Below, piece by piece: positions 40,344-53,221 of a stretch of DNA of 64,000 bases. The notes under the pieces were generated by a model that was not told the DNA's origin, searched no databases, and saw nothing but the letters and a program-made list of their open reading frames with translations. A program made the translations under genes and the position numbers. Within the stretch, counting starts at the first letter, position 1. Every line of letters begins with the position of its first letter. The DNA comes from Octopus vulgaris (taxonomy: Eukaryota), in the NCBI GenBank assembly GCA_951406725.2, contig OX597824.1, positions 13,392,001 to 13,456,000 on the forward strand. The letters are read 5' to 3'.

Positions 40344-40385
40344 TTGTACATCAGCCTCAATCTTGCTGTCTGATGTGATTTATCT
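40344..40385 (-). CDS. Putative 42-nt exon (DKSHQTARLRLMY)
   Basis: tttttcaatatttctgcAG ... CAA|GTTAGT; open only in phase 2. Confidence 0.38.
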
Positions 40386-40597
40386 CTGCAGAAATATTGA
40401 AAAACACTCCATGGGGAATATTTATATAAAATATTAACTCAAAGTAAGCCTAGCCAACACACCAGAGAAAGTGAGAAGCTTTTGAGTCATTTTTAGACAG
40501 TAAGTTGGGTCCTCTTCTCTGTTATGACTTTAGTTTTGTTCATATTCCTGATGTTTTAGAGTAAATAATAAAGAGTTATTTAAATATATTTAACCAA

Positions 40598-40732
40598 CTA
40601 CATTGTTCCGGGTTCAGACCCACTGCGTGGCATCTTGGGCAAGTGTCTTCTGCTATAGCCCCGGGCCGACCAATGCCTTGTGAGTAGATTTGGTAGGCGG
40701 AAACTGAAAGAAGCCTGTCGTATATATGTATG

Positions 40733-40765
<33 letters not shown>

Positions 40766-40982
40766 TTGTTTGTGTGTCTGTGTGTGTCCCTCTAGCATTG
40801 CTTGACAACCGATGCTGGTGTGTTTACGTCCCCGTCACTTAGCGGTTCGGCAAAAGAGACCGATAGAATAAGTACTGGGCTTACAAAAAGAATAAGTCTC
40901 GGGGTCGATTTGCCCGACTAAAAGGCGGTGCTCCAGCATGGCCGCAGTCAAATGACTGAAACAAGCAAGAGTAAGAGAGTAA
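40598..40982 (+). mobile_element. SINE family B
   Basis: ttccgggttcagacccactgcgtggcatcttgggcaagtg ... gactgaaacaagcaagagtaagagagtaa. Confidence 0.92.
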
Positions 40983-41781
40983 TCCTTCATATATTTGTGC
41001 CATTGTCAAAAGAAGAAGACAGAATGCAACTGAAGAATTTGTGAAGTACCTGAATAAACAATCTTTTACAATATATGTATTCTTGAATATTTAAATGGGT
41101 TTTCTGTCGTAAGGAGATAAATAAGTTTGTATTTATTAGAAGCAAAAAATGGATTTTCACCAATTATATTTTGAACCATTGAAATCTGAACTGAAATCTC
41201 CCCGTGAGGTATATATATAGATAATCTAAAATGAGATTAAAAATAGATTTGCTAAACGTTAATTCTATCCGTTTTGAATATAGGAATATATCCGGTTATC
41301 AAAATTAAATTTCATCTTGAGAACCAGATACTTGTTTTGCGTGTGTTGTCAAAGAAATAAATGATGCAATGTAACAGTTGCTTCTGAAATTGGATTTAGT
41401 TTGACAGGTGAGAAGAATTTATCTAATTAACTACTTTCGTAATACAGAGAAGGAAGCATGTTACGACTATGTTATTGAAATGATAATGAAAGCTCAGCGC
41501 TTGGCTGAGATGATGAGTTTCAGCCTTGGTGTATATTTTTAATGACGTTTACGTTAACGTGGCACTTTTGACAACAAATCTGACCAGCATTTCCGAAATA
41601 ATGAACATCTCGAGAAATTGTAATGATAATAATGTGTTAAATGAGAGACACTGTAATAATTCTGAATTAAATTGTGAAAGAGCCACGTAACAGCTGCACA
41701 CCACATATAACGAAACAATATTATTTGTTTTGGTATCATACGCTCGTGTAATATTAGTGCAGGGTTAGCACATCTGCTCAC

Positions 41782-41882
41782 CTTTCACAGTGATAAGAAA
41801 CGTTTGCATCTATTGAATCAGATATATAAGCAGGCCGACCCAAATATATTTGTCCAACCAAGAAAAGTAAACTGAATGCCAT
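41782..41882 (-). CDS. Putative first coding exon, hydrophobic N-terminus MAFSLLFLVGQIYLG...NVSYHCE
   Basis: Exon 41782-41915 bounded by ttcccctttcaaAG and AAG|GTGAGC; one open frame, ends in phase 2. Confidence 0.38.
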
Positions 41883-42103
41883 TTGAATTAGCCGGAGGAG
41901 GCATACCCTTATTGTCTTTGAAAGGGGAATACAAGTATTACTCTTTTACTTTAAACACAAAATGATTACAATACCAAGAGCAGCAGTCATTTGACCAATG
42001 GATTAAATCGGCGAATAAGTTTTAGAAAAGAGACTGTGGTATTCATAGCCAAGATCATATAAATCATTACAGTTGTAAGGGTTGTCCTTTATAACCTAGT
42101 TAG

Positions 42104-42521
42104 TTATTTCATTATTGCCCACAAGAGGCTAAACATAGGAGGGACAAACAAAGACAGAGAAGGGAATTAAGTCGATTACATCGATCCCAGTGTGTACCTG
42201 GTACTTAATTTATCGACCCCGAAAGGATGAAAGGCAAAGTCGACCTCGGCGGAATTTGAACTCAGAATGTAACGGCAGACGAAATAACTATTTCTTTACT
42301 ACCCACAAGGAGCTAAACATAGAGGGGACAAACAAGGACAGACAAAGGAATTGAGTCGATTACATCGACTCCAGTGCGTAACTGGTACTCTATTTAATGA
42401 CCCCGAAAGGATGAAAGGCAAAGTCGACCTCGGTGGAATTTGAACTCAGAACGTAACGGCAGATGAAATACGACGACGCATTTCGCCCGGCATGCTAACG
42501 TTTCTGCCACCTCGCCGCCTT
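42104..42521 (-). mobile_element. SINE family A dimer
   Basis: Two consecutive consensus bodies. Confidence 0.92.
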
Positions 42522-43069
42522 CAAAACTTTCTTCCGATATGCTGGAGAGTCTGCCAACCCGCCGGCTTGTTCTTTATAACCGAATTAGTGTCGCGATCAG
42601 TTATCAAAATGTGGTAAATGACATTTACTTGTACTGCAGAAAGCTGATTCATATTGACGTGATTAATATGCTGTAAGCATTTTATTCAAATATTCTCCTT
42701 TGAGATGTGCCTTTGCTACGTTACTTGCAATAGCGCATTGTAACGATCTCCGCTGGGATTGGAAAGAAGTGTATTTTGTAACATATACTAAGAACAGCAA
42801 TATTGATTTCAACTTTTTAAACTTTCATGAGATACGTTCAAATACACATTCGTGCACACACACAGACACATATGACAGAATGTTTAATAAAGAAATTACA
42901 TATGACAGAATGTTTGTGTGTGTATGTATATTATGTTTATATGTGTATCTATATACAGTATAAGCTAAAACCCTACTCATATTTTGTAGGACGTTAGAGT
43001 ATTCAAACAAAACGTTATTAACGCGTTGGTAGTTTGGTATACAATAATTATTTCATATATTAGCAGAAG

Positions 43070-43245
43070 ATCAGAAGTGGGATGGATTATTCGATTATAT
43101 TGGCCCCCAGCATGTGACTAATACTATATTTTTATCAACTCCAAAAGGATGAAAGGCAAAATTGATCTAGGCAGTATTTGAACTCAGAGCGAAATGAACC
43201 GGAAGAAAAACCGCTAATATTTTGCCGACGCCCTAGGGATTCTGG
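43070..43245 (-). mobile_element. SINE family A, decayed
   Basis: aaaaggatgaaaggcaaaattgatctaggcagtatttgaactcag. Confidence 0.75.
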
Positions 43246-43288
43246 TAATAATACAATACCATGCATGCATGAATACATACGTATGTAC

Positions 43289-43333
<45 letters not shown>

Positions 43334-43632
43334 AAATTTCAAATTTGGTGCGAATTTATACAATAATGTAGAGTGATTTGGCGTATTGACTTATACATAC
43401 ATACATACATGCATACATACGTATATAAGTATCGACATTTGTATGCTCGTATTGAAGCGACATCCACTTTTCTCAACGATTTAAAAAAAAAATCTGCACT
43501 CAAACTTCTCATGAGTATTCTTGGAGTTAATCTTCATCAAAGCCTCTCATTTAGAGTGTCTGACAAAATCTCACATCTGATGAAGAGACTATTATTGTTT
43601 GACAATATACTCTATAGGTAATTGTTTTCTAT

Positions 43633-43867
43633 AGGCGGCGAGCTAGCAGAAGCGTTAGCACACCGGGCGAAATGCTTTGCGGTACTTCGTCTGCCGTTAC
43701 GTTGTGAGTTCAAATTCCGCCGAGGTCGACATTGCCTTTCATCCTTTCGGGGTCGATAAATTAAGTACCAGTTACGCACTGGGGTCGATGTAATCGACAT
43801 AATACCTATGCCTGTCCTTGTTTATCCCCTCTATGTTTAGCCCCTTGTGGGTAATAAAGAAATAGGT
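43633..43867 (+). mobile_element. SINE family A, full length
   Basis: Consensus; TSD ataggtaattgttttc. Confidence 0.92.
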
Positions 43868-44913
43868 AATTGTTTTCCTTAAGCATGACGTCAACTTAGA
43901 GTGAATGCATGTAGTTTATTCCTTCCAGCTTGGGTGGGTTCCTTGCTTCTCATTTTGATTAATTTTTCAGTCGTTCCCAACAGCTTGCAACTCGTCTCTT
44001 GTCATAACTTATCCACATTTTTTGCAATTTCCTCGCATTATTGGGATGTGGGTGTCTTTGCTTCTAGGTCCTCGCCTTCTTGGTCATTTTCCTGTTCGTC
44101 GGTTTTTGTGGATATGAATAGCGTACTCTTTGCTACCGTTTCTGGTGCTGCGATCGTTGATGCCCTGTTTTCTTGAAGCTTCTATTGCCTGTACCCTGTA
44201 ATTGTTTTTGATGTCTCAGGTTCTTTGACTTTCAATCATGTTCGAACACAAAGCATGAAAGCGGTCCTTGGTGCACCGCGTATACAAACTCAGCTTTCTG
44301 CCATACATCACACAGAGAGCTTAAGTTTTTTGTTCCTAAACCCAGGAAAGACTCAAAGATGCAGATGGTCCTGTAGCATTTATAAGGAGAACTATATAGA
44401 AGATGACCTCCTTCCAAATCAATGATAAAATAATATACACAATTTTAAATATGATCTGTAAGAAGATGATATGCACGTGGAAAACTGAAACGTTATAGCA
44501 GTTTGAAGACCATCATGGAAGGAATGTATGTTGAAGCATCCGTGTCTTCTGAAGGAAATAGCATAAACACACAACATTAAAATAATACAGAAAGGACGAA
44601 CTAGAAATATCAATAAAAAACTAACATGTTCCACCTTTAACCGAATTTCTATATCTCAGGGTTGACTTGTTAACCAATCGAAGATAAAAGACTGAAAGCA
44701 AGCTAATGAATATTCTTCATTCGAAAGAAGAATCGTGAATTAAATGTTACATTTCTGTTGGCCACCATCAACAACACGTCTTTACACAATGCCAACCATT
44801 ATGATCCTGCATTGCAGCAGTGCATCTAACTGAATAAATGCATTTATTGCTAATTCTGGTGAAATGCATAGAAGAATCTATGAGCTAAAATCTATGAGCG
44901 TGAAATTGAAGTT

Positions 44914-44951
<38 letters not shown>

Positions 44952-45442
44952 CTTGAAGCAGTTGCAAAAACGATTTCACTAGAGTTTTTCCAGTGGCGAT
45001 TTAGGGCCGTAATTGCTTTCTACCATCTCTGTCTATTCGTTATTCGTAGCAAGGTGTAGTGTACCATTTACGATTAAAGCATCAATTGTCTGATACGGTT
45101 CTAATAACGATATACTAATGCAAAGCTTCCCAGTACTGAACTTATTACAAAACCTCTCTCGGGGAAGATCTGAAAACAAGGAAAGAATAAACCTGCCAAT
45201 AGGAAAAACAACAATATTATCACTTAACTTATCTGGATCTAGTTTCTTTCCGCAAAATCAAGCACAAACCAGTACGAAACCAATTTCATTCACAACTCTG
45301 AAAAAAATAAAAATAAATAAATAACGGCTTAAAAATAGGACGAGCGGAAAACATGAGAAAATTGAAGCTTTTCGTATCTATTTATAATACAGATTCTTTT
45401 TCAGTTTTCTTTTTATTCAGCGCGGTAAAACATATCCCAGGC

Positions 45443-45479
<37 letters not shown>

Positions 45480-45864
45480 CATAATTAATTAATGGGAATT
45501 TTGTAGTACTGCCGCATGATTATATACATACATATCTGTATATATAGACACCTGTACACACACACACACGCACTTGAATGTATGTGTACTGTCGGCATAT
45601 ATATATGCACATATGTATGATGCATATAACTCTATATCTGTATTTACTACTTGTGTTTGGTCTCAATGTGAATAGTTCGCGAAGCCTTTTTACTATTTTC
45701 ACGGTATTGAAATATATATTTATATTTCTGCAGATTTTGTTCGTTAATCAGAAATAATTGGTGCATCATTATTCAAGTGTCTTGTCTCTCACAAATAAAG
45801 TATTGAATGTACAAAAAAAATAACACACATATGCATATGTGAATATATATATATATATATATAT

Positions 45865-46170
45865 ATCCTTTTCCATGTTTGTCATTTGATTGGGGCCATG
45901 TTGGAGCACCGCCTTTAATGGAACAAATCGACCACAGGACTTATTCTTTTTAAGCCTAGTACTTATTTTATTAGTGTCTTCTGCCGAACCGCTAGGTTTC
46001 AGAGACGTAAACACACCAACATCGGTCGTTAAGCGATGGGAGGAGGTACACAGACACAAACATATTCATATATATATATATATACACGACGGGTTTCTTC
46101 CAGTTTCCGTCTACCAAATTCACTCACAAGACTTGCTTTGTTCGGCCCGAGGCTATAGTAGAATGCACTT
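45865..46170 (-). mobile_element. SINE family B, 5'-truncated
   Basis: ggccatgttggagcaccgcc...ccgaaccgctagg...tttccgtctaccaaattcactcacaag. Confidence 0.88.
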
Positions 46171-46989
46171 GCTCTTTCTTTCTCTTTTGGTCTAAGTTTC
46201 TGCAGTTTCGCATTAATTTTATTTCATGGTGACATTGTTTAGATACTTGGTATCTTGAGACCTGTTTGCCTATGTTGTGCCGACGTCACGTTGTCGTAAT
46301 ACATAAGGTTCGACAAACAAGTGTTGGAGAAACGAATGTCAGTCACAAAAATATATATTCTAAGAAACTGATTTGTAAATATTGATAATTAAGCAACTCC
46401 ACATCGATAAAAGGAACAAAACTTTTATATGTATAAATATAAAGATAAACAGAAGAAAGATTTGTCAATCAGTATTAAGCAGCATGAGACATCAATTAAA
46501 GATATAAAGACTTTTCTCTTTTTGAAACGACTAAACATTATAAACAGAATATGTATATTTAAACAGTTGGCTGGATGCAAACTCTGGATTTAAAAGTGGA
46601 GGGAAGGCTATGCTATAATAGTCATGCATCTCACAATGTATTTGATTCATATAGAAAATGCTTCAATTGGTTATTAGAATATATTCTTAAACTCGATTCA
46701 TATGTTACTCTGCAGTATCCTCAGTTCCTCTGTTGCGTTTATTGTATTCCCTATAGCACAAAGATATAATAAATTTTGATTTATTGGGCGGAGACGAATT
46801 TATGTGTTACTAAAGTGAGTTATCATGCACAAGAAGAGAGAATAAATCATCATAGCATACATGATACTGTCCTAATTTTATCATAATAGCAGCCAAAGGA
46901 TCATCTTGATTAGATTAGAGCTGAGGTTAATGGATATTAGTCACAGAATACAGAATACAAAACCAATTTATTTTTGCATCATTTTCTCC

Positions 46990-47397
46990 TATTACTCTTT
47001 TACTCCTTTAATTGTTTCAGTCATTTGACTGTGGCCATGCTGGAGCACCGCCTTTAGTCGTGCAAATCGACCCCCAGGACTCATTCTTTGTAAGCCTAGT
47101 ACTTATTCTATCGGTCTCTTTTGCTGAACCGCTACGTTACGGGGACGTAAACAAACCAGCATTGGTTGTCAAGCGATGTTGGGGAGGGAACACAGATACA
47201 CAAACACACACATATATACATATACATATATACTACGGGCTTCTTTCAGTTTCCGTCTACCAAATCCACTCACAAGGCTTTGGTCGGCGCGAGGCTATAG
47301 TAGAAGACACTTGCCCAAGTTGCCACGCAGTGGGACTCAACCTAGAACCATGTGGTTGGTAAGCAAGCTACTTACCACACAGCCACTTCTACGCCTA
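46990..47397 (-). mobile_element. SINE family B, full length
   Basis: Tail ttactcttttactc; head cacacagccacttctacgcc. Confidence 0.92.
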
Positions 47398-48480
47398 TTA
47401 CAAATTTTAGCGTATATTAACACGTTTAAAATTCAATACTATCTAACACAAAAATTTGTTTGAGGTGCAATTTTATTGGTGCCTGTCATATCGCATATAT
47501 TCGTATGAGAGCTAATTTTGTTTCCTATTTTACGTTTGTACAACAGACATCTAACTGAAGGCATTCAGACGGGTATAAATCGCACCATTTTCATAAGATT
47601 TTATAGAAATAAAACAAGTTAAGCTTAGTTATTTGTCATAAGAGCCAAGCATAACCTTATGAGTTTATCTGTAGGAATCATCTTTCACACTATTTGACCA
47701 TCATTTCGAGCACTGCGCATAAGGTTTGGTTATCGTTTTGCGTAATCGCTTAACCGTAAAGCCTTGAGAATTTCTACTTTGTAGTAAGTTTAGGACAGCT
47801 TGGCTTTTACGTAAAATTATATATCACGACTCAAAACTTACAGGAAAAATATGAAGATAGCTGAGGTTTATGAATCAGCTGGCCTATAAAACTTACATAA
47901 TAAAAGCGGTCGAAGAGATGGGTAAGACACTAGAGCTGTCGTGGCGTTCACTTATTTTCTCGAAACAATAGTACAGTTGAACATTCTTACTCAGATTCGA
48001 AAGTTGGTACTATATTATCTCTTTTGAAATGTTGCCACCGCATTGCACACTTTTCTACATAAACCTATTTTAAATTAATCAATCGCTATAAAGGATTTTG
48101 AAAAGAACAAACGACAATAAGTCTTTGACTGATTAAAGGAAGTTCTTTTAAATTTCTTTAAAGAGTAATTTTCAATAGAAAGATTAATTTGCATAATAGA
48201 ATGTTAATGATGTTTTATTTGCATATCGGTAAAGTAATTAGTGATAGAATATTTGCATATCATTTAAGTGCTCCTCTGTGTTACCAGGGTTTCTTATCAA
48301 TGAATGGATAAATTAACACGTTCCTTCTTCAAGTAAATTTGGTATGCAATTACAACATCCGACCGAATGAGATAGATGTATGCACCTTCCTTGGCAGTTC
48401 CATATTATTTATTACATAGGGATACGTATGTACACATATGGTTGTGTGTGAATGATTTATGTGTATCCCTGTGCGCGTAC

Positions 48481-48561
48481 CTATCACTGGTAGCTTGTAC
48501 AAGGTCCACACAGGCTTATACACCAGGAATCAACATTCACAGGGGAATATTCAATCTCTAC
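48481..48561 (-). other. Candidate 81-nt non-coding (5' UTR) exon
   Basis: cctgattctcAG ... TAG|GTACGC; stops in all frames. Confidence 0.25.
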
Positions 48562-49199
48562 CTGAGAATCAGGATGCAGCATAATCATAAAACATATTTC
48601 TTAAGCATCTGAACGAGAATAAGAGATTGCGAAGTCTTTGATCTTTATGATAGCGATCGTGTATTATATAAGAGGGAATTTATGAGTGAGAAGATGTATG
48701 ACTGCTTTTGTATATATATATATATAAGCATATGTATTTATAATAATTTTCTACTTATCTATTCTGCTTTATTTCTATATTCATATGAATAAATCTACAT
48801 ATTTTATATTGATCTTTGAACAATTATTTCGCATACAGAAACATACGTGTAAGTATTTATTAGCATATGCGCACACAAACACATATCACACGTATACATA
48901 CATACAAATGGGTGTGTGCAAGTGTGTAAGATATAGAAAGATAGATAGATAGATAGATGGACACATTCATAACGCAAGATTGTCACGAAAGAATCAAAGA
49001 CGTCATCGTACCATTTGATTCCCATTCAACTATGAAATATTACATTTTTATGGCTTTCCTAATTCCCAGGAGGTGAGTCTATATTTCCCTGGGACTTTAC
49101 ATTCCGCGTGTATAATTATGTGTGAACCTGCGCTCTCTACATCTAAAATACCACCAGATAGAAACACACTAACTCATTTGTGCAATAACTAACATTTAC

Positions 49200-49800
49200 G
49201 TATACATACATACATACAAACATACATACCTACACACATATACACACACATACACAAATACACACACTCACATATATATATACAGATATTTATGTAAATG
49301 TATAGGCGTATATATGCATATATGTATACGTATCTGTATATTCTATATATATATGTATATTGTATATATATATAGATATGTGTGTATATATATATGAATA
49401 TATTCATGTATATATATATATATAATTATGTATATATGTATATATATATATGTTTATGTATATATGTATATATACATATATGTTTATGTATATATGTATA
49501 TATACATATATGTTTATGTATATATGTATATATACATATATGTTTATGTATATATGTATATATACATATATGTTTATGTATATATGTATATATACATATA
49601 TGTTTATGTATATATGTTTATGTGTATATATATATATGTATATGTGTATATGTATATATATGTATATGTATATATATGTACATATGTGGGTATATATATA
49701 CATATATGTATGTGTAATATATGTGTTTATAAGTATATGTATATATATATGTTTTATATGTATATAGATATGTAAATATATATGTATATTTATATATATA
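49200..49800. repeat. TA-rich satellite including a 30-bp tandem unit (~49445-49620)
   Basis: tatatgtatatatacatatatgtttatgta repeated about 5-6 times. Confidence 0.9.
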
Positions 49801-50080
49801 TCTTACAAAACACTCTGATGAAGCCTAGAGGCATATCCAAGTACCGTAATTTTATCTACAGATTACCACAATACACTGAAAAGATGGAAATAATATATGG
49901 GGTACTGTGACCTCTTCGCTGAAACAGCTGTAAGAAACTACTCTTCTGTCTCTATTTTAGAAATTACTAATACTTTACACATGTATTTATATATTATCTG
50001 AACTGTTTAAAATACATAAATAGACATAGTGTAATGTTTAACAGCTGATGAATACTACATCTGGATTCTTTCCATTTTCT

Positions 50081-50088
<8 letters not shown>
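49801..50088 (+). mobile_element. TA-embedded Penelope-like fragment, family H3
   Basis: Bounded by (TA)n on both sides; begins with a hammerhead motif. Confidence 0.6.
49812..49935 (+). ncRNA. Hammerhead ribozyme motif with ~95-nt stem II
   Basis: CTGATGA-agc..agagg..agtacc[..]ggtact..cctct..gct-GAAAC-agct-GTA; palindromic stem III; stem I only ~2 bp. Confidence 0.6.
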
Positions 50089-50146
<58 letters not shown>

Positions 50147-50147
<1 letters not shown>

Positions 50148-50302
50148 AAAATAGTAAAAAGTGAAAAAAACTACAGAAGGCTTGTTTTAGAAGGTTAAAA
50201 AATATTTTTTTTTAACCTTCTAAAACAAGCCTTCTGTAGTTTTTTCACTTTTTACTATTTTTTATATATTCAACCACGTGCTTTCACACACCAACTTTCT
50301 CA

Positions 50303-50305
<3 letters not shown>
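50147..50305. mobile_element. Fold-back element, family H4, in (TA)n
   Basis: Arms ~50147-50201 and 50207-50262 plus a ~40-nt tail; homologous to 52341-52613. Confidence 0.8.
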
Positions 50306-50350
<45 letters not shown>

Positions 50351-50354
<4 letters not shown>

Positions 50355-50520
50355 TGATAGTAATGGTAAGGCAACAAAAGAATGAAAGAGGCCTCGATAT
50401 TATATAAATAAAGTAATTTATCTGTAAATATAATATGTGACAATTATTCAGTTGCCATGATAAAATTCCGAGTTTCAGATGTTGGGGTGGAAACCCACAC
50501 CGGCATCTCTTCAGTTACTG
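50351..50520 (-). mobile_element. Family H1 monomer with hammerhead motif (50460-50518)
   Basis: Minus strand: taa-CTGAAGA-gatg[..]catc-t-GAAAC-tcgga-ATT-tta; canonical CUGAAGA. Confidence 0.7.
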
Positions 50521-51044
50521 AGGCAAGCAAAATATGCTATGAAAATGACCGTTAAACAAAAGGAAATTACTATGTTATTGACCGTTATTAAGACAAAAGA
50601 GCTATTAGAATGACCGACGAAAGAAACTGAAGGGGAACCAGTAAATGTAAAGGAGAAAAAATGCTCATAGTAATCGCGTATGTGCGCATGTCCATACATA
50701 CAAATGTGCGCACGCACACCCATGTACATGTGCCTATATGCTCATCCACACTCGTTTCAAGTACACACGCGCGCACCCACACATTCAAAAATATATACAT
50801 ACCCGCACACAAGCTCACACGCACGCGCAACAAAAATGGTTCGTATACACGTCTATATACACACATGCACAAGAAAGAAGCAGGGTGAAAGGTAAAATAT
50901 AGAAAAAATGTGTAAAAAATATAAAGCGATACGAATATAAAAAGCAAAAGAGTAAAAATGCTCAAAGCGAACATTTTAGGAGGTTTTTTCACGGCGACAA
51001 CTTGATGAATTCTTATAAAGATTTTATCCTTTTCTTTAATTATA

Positions 51045-51440
51045 CGTATATATATATATGTTTGTGTGTATATATATATGTATGTATGTATGTATGTATA
51101 TATACATATACGTATATATATGTATATATATATATATGTATATATATGTATGTATATATACATATAAGTATATATATGTATATATAAGTATATATATGTA
51201 TGTATGTATGTATATATTCATATACTTATATATATGTATATATATAAGTATATATATGTATGTATGTATGTATATATTCATATACTTATATATATGTATA
51301 TATATAAGTATATATATGTATGTATGTATGTATATATTCATATACTTATATATATGTATATATATAAGTATATATATGTATATATATACGTATATATACA
51401 TATATATGTATATATATATATGTGTGTATATATATGTGTG

Positions 51441-51484
<44 letters not shown>

Positions 51485-51633
51485 TTATAAATATATGCGT
51501 GTGTGTGTATATATATATATATGTATGTATATATATATATATATATATATGTTTGTATTTGTATATCTATCTATCTATCTCTCTCTCTATATATATATAT
51601 ACATATATTTTTATATATAGATATATAAACATA

Positions 51634-51667
<34 letters not shown>
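51045..51667. repeat. TA-rich satellite with a 60-bp unit x3 (51181-51380) and (TG)n
   Basis: Three identical 60-nt lines. Confidence 0.95.
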
Positions 51668-51668
<1 letters not shown>

Positions 51669-52109
51669 AAATGGCTCCACTTCATCAAAGGATACAATCA
51701 TATGACGCAGCAAGTAATGTGTATCGTCGCCCGCCCAAGTCAACCATATAATTTCATTTTTACTGCCCGCGTAATACGCCGAAGGCCGTGACGCAAGACA
51801 CGTCCTCTGTGTTTGTAATATATTAAAATCTTCATAAACACTAGAAAAAACATTAAAATGGGCGCCATATTACTCACGCCTTAATTTTTATTGCGATAAG
51901 TACTTGTTTAACATGTGTTACACTTAGTAACATTTCGATGTCGCTAGACTGGTAGTGACGAAAAAGATTTAAAAGTACCAAATGACTATGGACTATAAAC
52001 AAGGCATATTCCAAGAGTAGCCTTTGCTAATATGAATTTTCACACGCACACACACATACACGCACACATACGCACTCACATACACACACACGCACATTTA
52101 CTTATACAT

Positions 52110-52270
52110 TAGCGCTGGCCTGGTAAAATGTTTGGTTCCTAGCCACAAAGCTCCCGGTAAAATCTCTCTGCGTGACACTTCAGGGAAAGTGTTTTCTACC
52201 TTAGACCCGGCTCCATCAAATCCCTGTGCTTGGATTTAATGAACAAAAACTGAAAGAATAGTGCCGTATA
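52110..52270 (+). mobile_element. SINE family B 5' part, decayed
   Basis: ctgcgtgacacttcagggaaagtg...aaaactgaaagaa. Confidence 0.5.
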
Positions 52271-52298
52271 ATACATATATACATAGATATATACATAA

Positions 52299-52340
<42 letters not shown>

Positions 52341-52346
<6 letters not shown>

Positions 52347-52610
52347 AACAGTAAAAAGTGAAAAAACTACAGAAGGCTTGTTTTATAAGGTTAAAGAATA
52401 TATTTGAGTCATTATTTTGGAAGAATGTTATTAATTTTTTTCATACAGTTTCAAAAACTATGTTACTGTATGAAAAAAATTTATAACATTCTTCCAACAT
52501 AATGACTCAAATATATTCTTTAACCTTATAAAACAGGCCTTCAGTAGTTTTTTCACCTTTTACTATTTTCTATATATCCAACCACGTGCTTTCACACACC
52601 AACTTTCTCA

Positions 52611-52613
<3 letters not shown>
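52341..52613. mobile_element. Fold-back element, family H4 (longer copy)
   Basis: ~109-bp arms 52341-52449 and 52465-52573; minus strand at the apex reads GAAAC-T-GTA (3' half of a hammerhead). Confidence 0.8.
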
Positions 52614-52659
<46 letters not shown>

Positions 52660-52662
<3 letters not shown>

Positions 52663-52868
52663 GTCATTTCAATATGTGACCACGTGTGGGTCGTTGGCGA
52701 TTTTCTTTCTCCGTCTTCCCTTCTTTGGACATGCTTTATATTTCTGACGAAGAGCTCCGCTTGAAACGTGAAATCCTCTTTTCTTTCCTTTCCTTAGCGT
52801 CCAGTATCGCTATACTTATTCCAAGTCCTTGCGTTTTTGCTTTTCTTGCTTGTTCATGTTTGGATTAA

Positions 52869-52872
<4 letters not shown>
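52660..52872 (+). mobile_element. TA-embedded Penelope-like fragment, family H5, with hammerhead motif at 52740-52774
   Basis: attt-CTGACGA-a-gagc[tcc]gctt-GAAAC-GTG-aaat; cleavage triplet is GUG (H17=G). Confidence 0.65.
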
Positions 52873-52902
<30 letters not shown>

Positions 52903-53221
52903 GAGGAAAGCAAAAAATGAATACAAGTGTATTTGTTTGATGCTCAGCAAGAATGTAAAAGTCTTACCTTTCGAACCTACGCCCTTCGACAGATAGGGGT
53001 GAGAAAAAAAATGGCGAGAGGAAGGATTCAACGGTTTCACATATATATGATGAGGATATATCGAGAGGGCCAAAAGTCACACACAAAAATAATTTCAATA
53101 AGCTCCGGAATTGTCAAAGCGAAGCTTGGGGTTTTCCAAATTGAATTTAAAAAATAAAAAACAACGATAGGTGCACACGTACTTGAACATGAAGAACAAG
53201 ACGAATCATCACAGTAATATA

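Noticed and set aside
43900-44500. Possible RTE LINE remnant and a degenerate gaagatg...gaaacgtt hammerhead-like motif
   Set aside because: Too decayed; no stem II or clear RT motifs
46380-46560. Possible decayed GIY-YIG endonuclease (..KDLSISIKQHETSIK)
   Set aside because: Needs frameshifts and lacks intact GIY/YIG motifs; too weak without a profile search
51181-51380. Regularly spaced repeats (CRISPR-like periodicity)
   Set aside because: Identical tandem units without spacers; eukaryotic minisatellite
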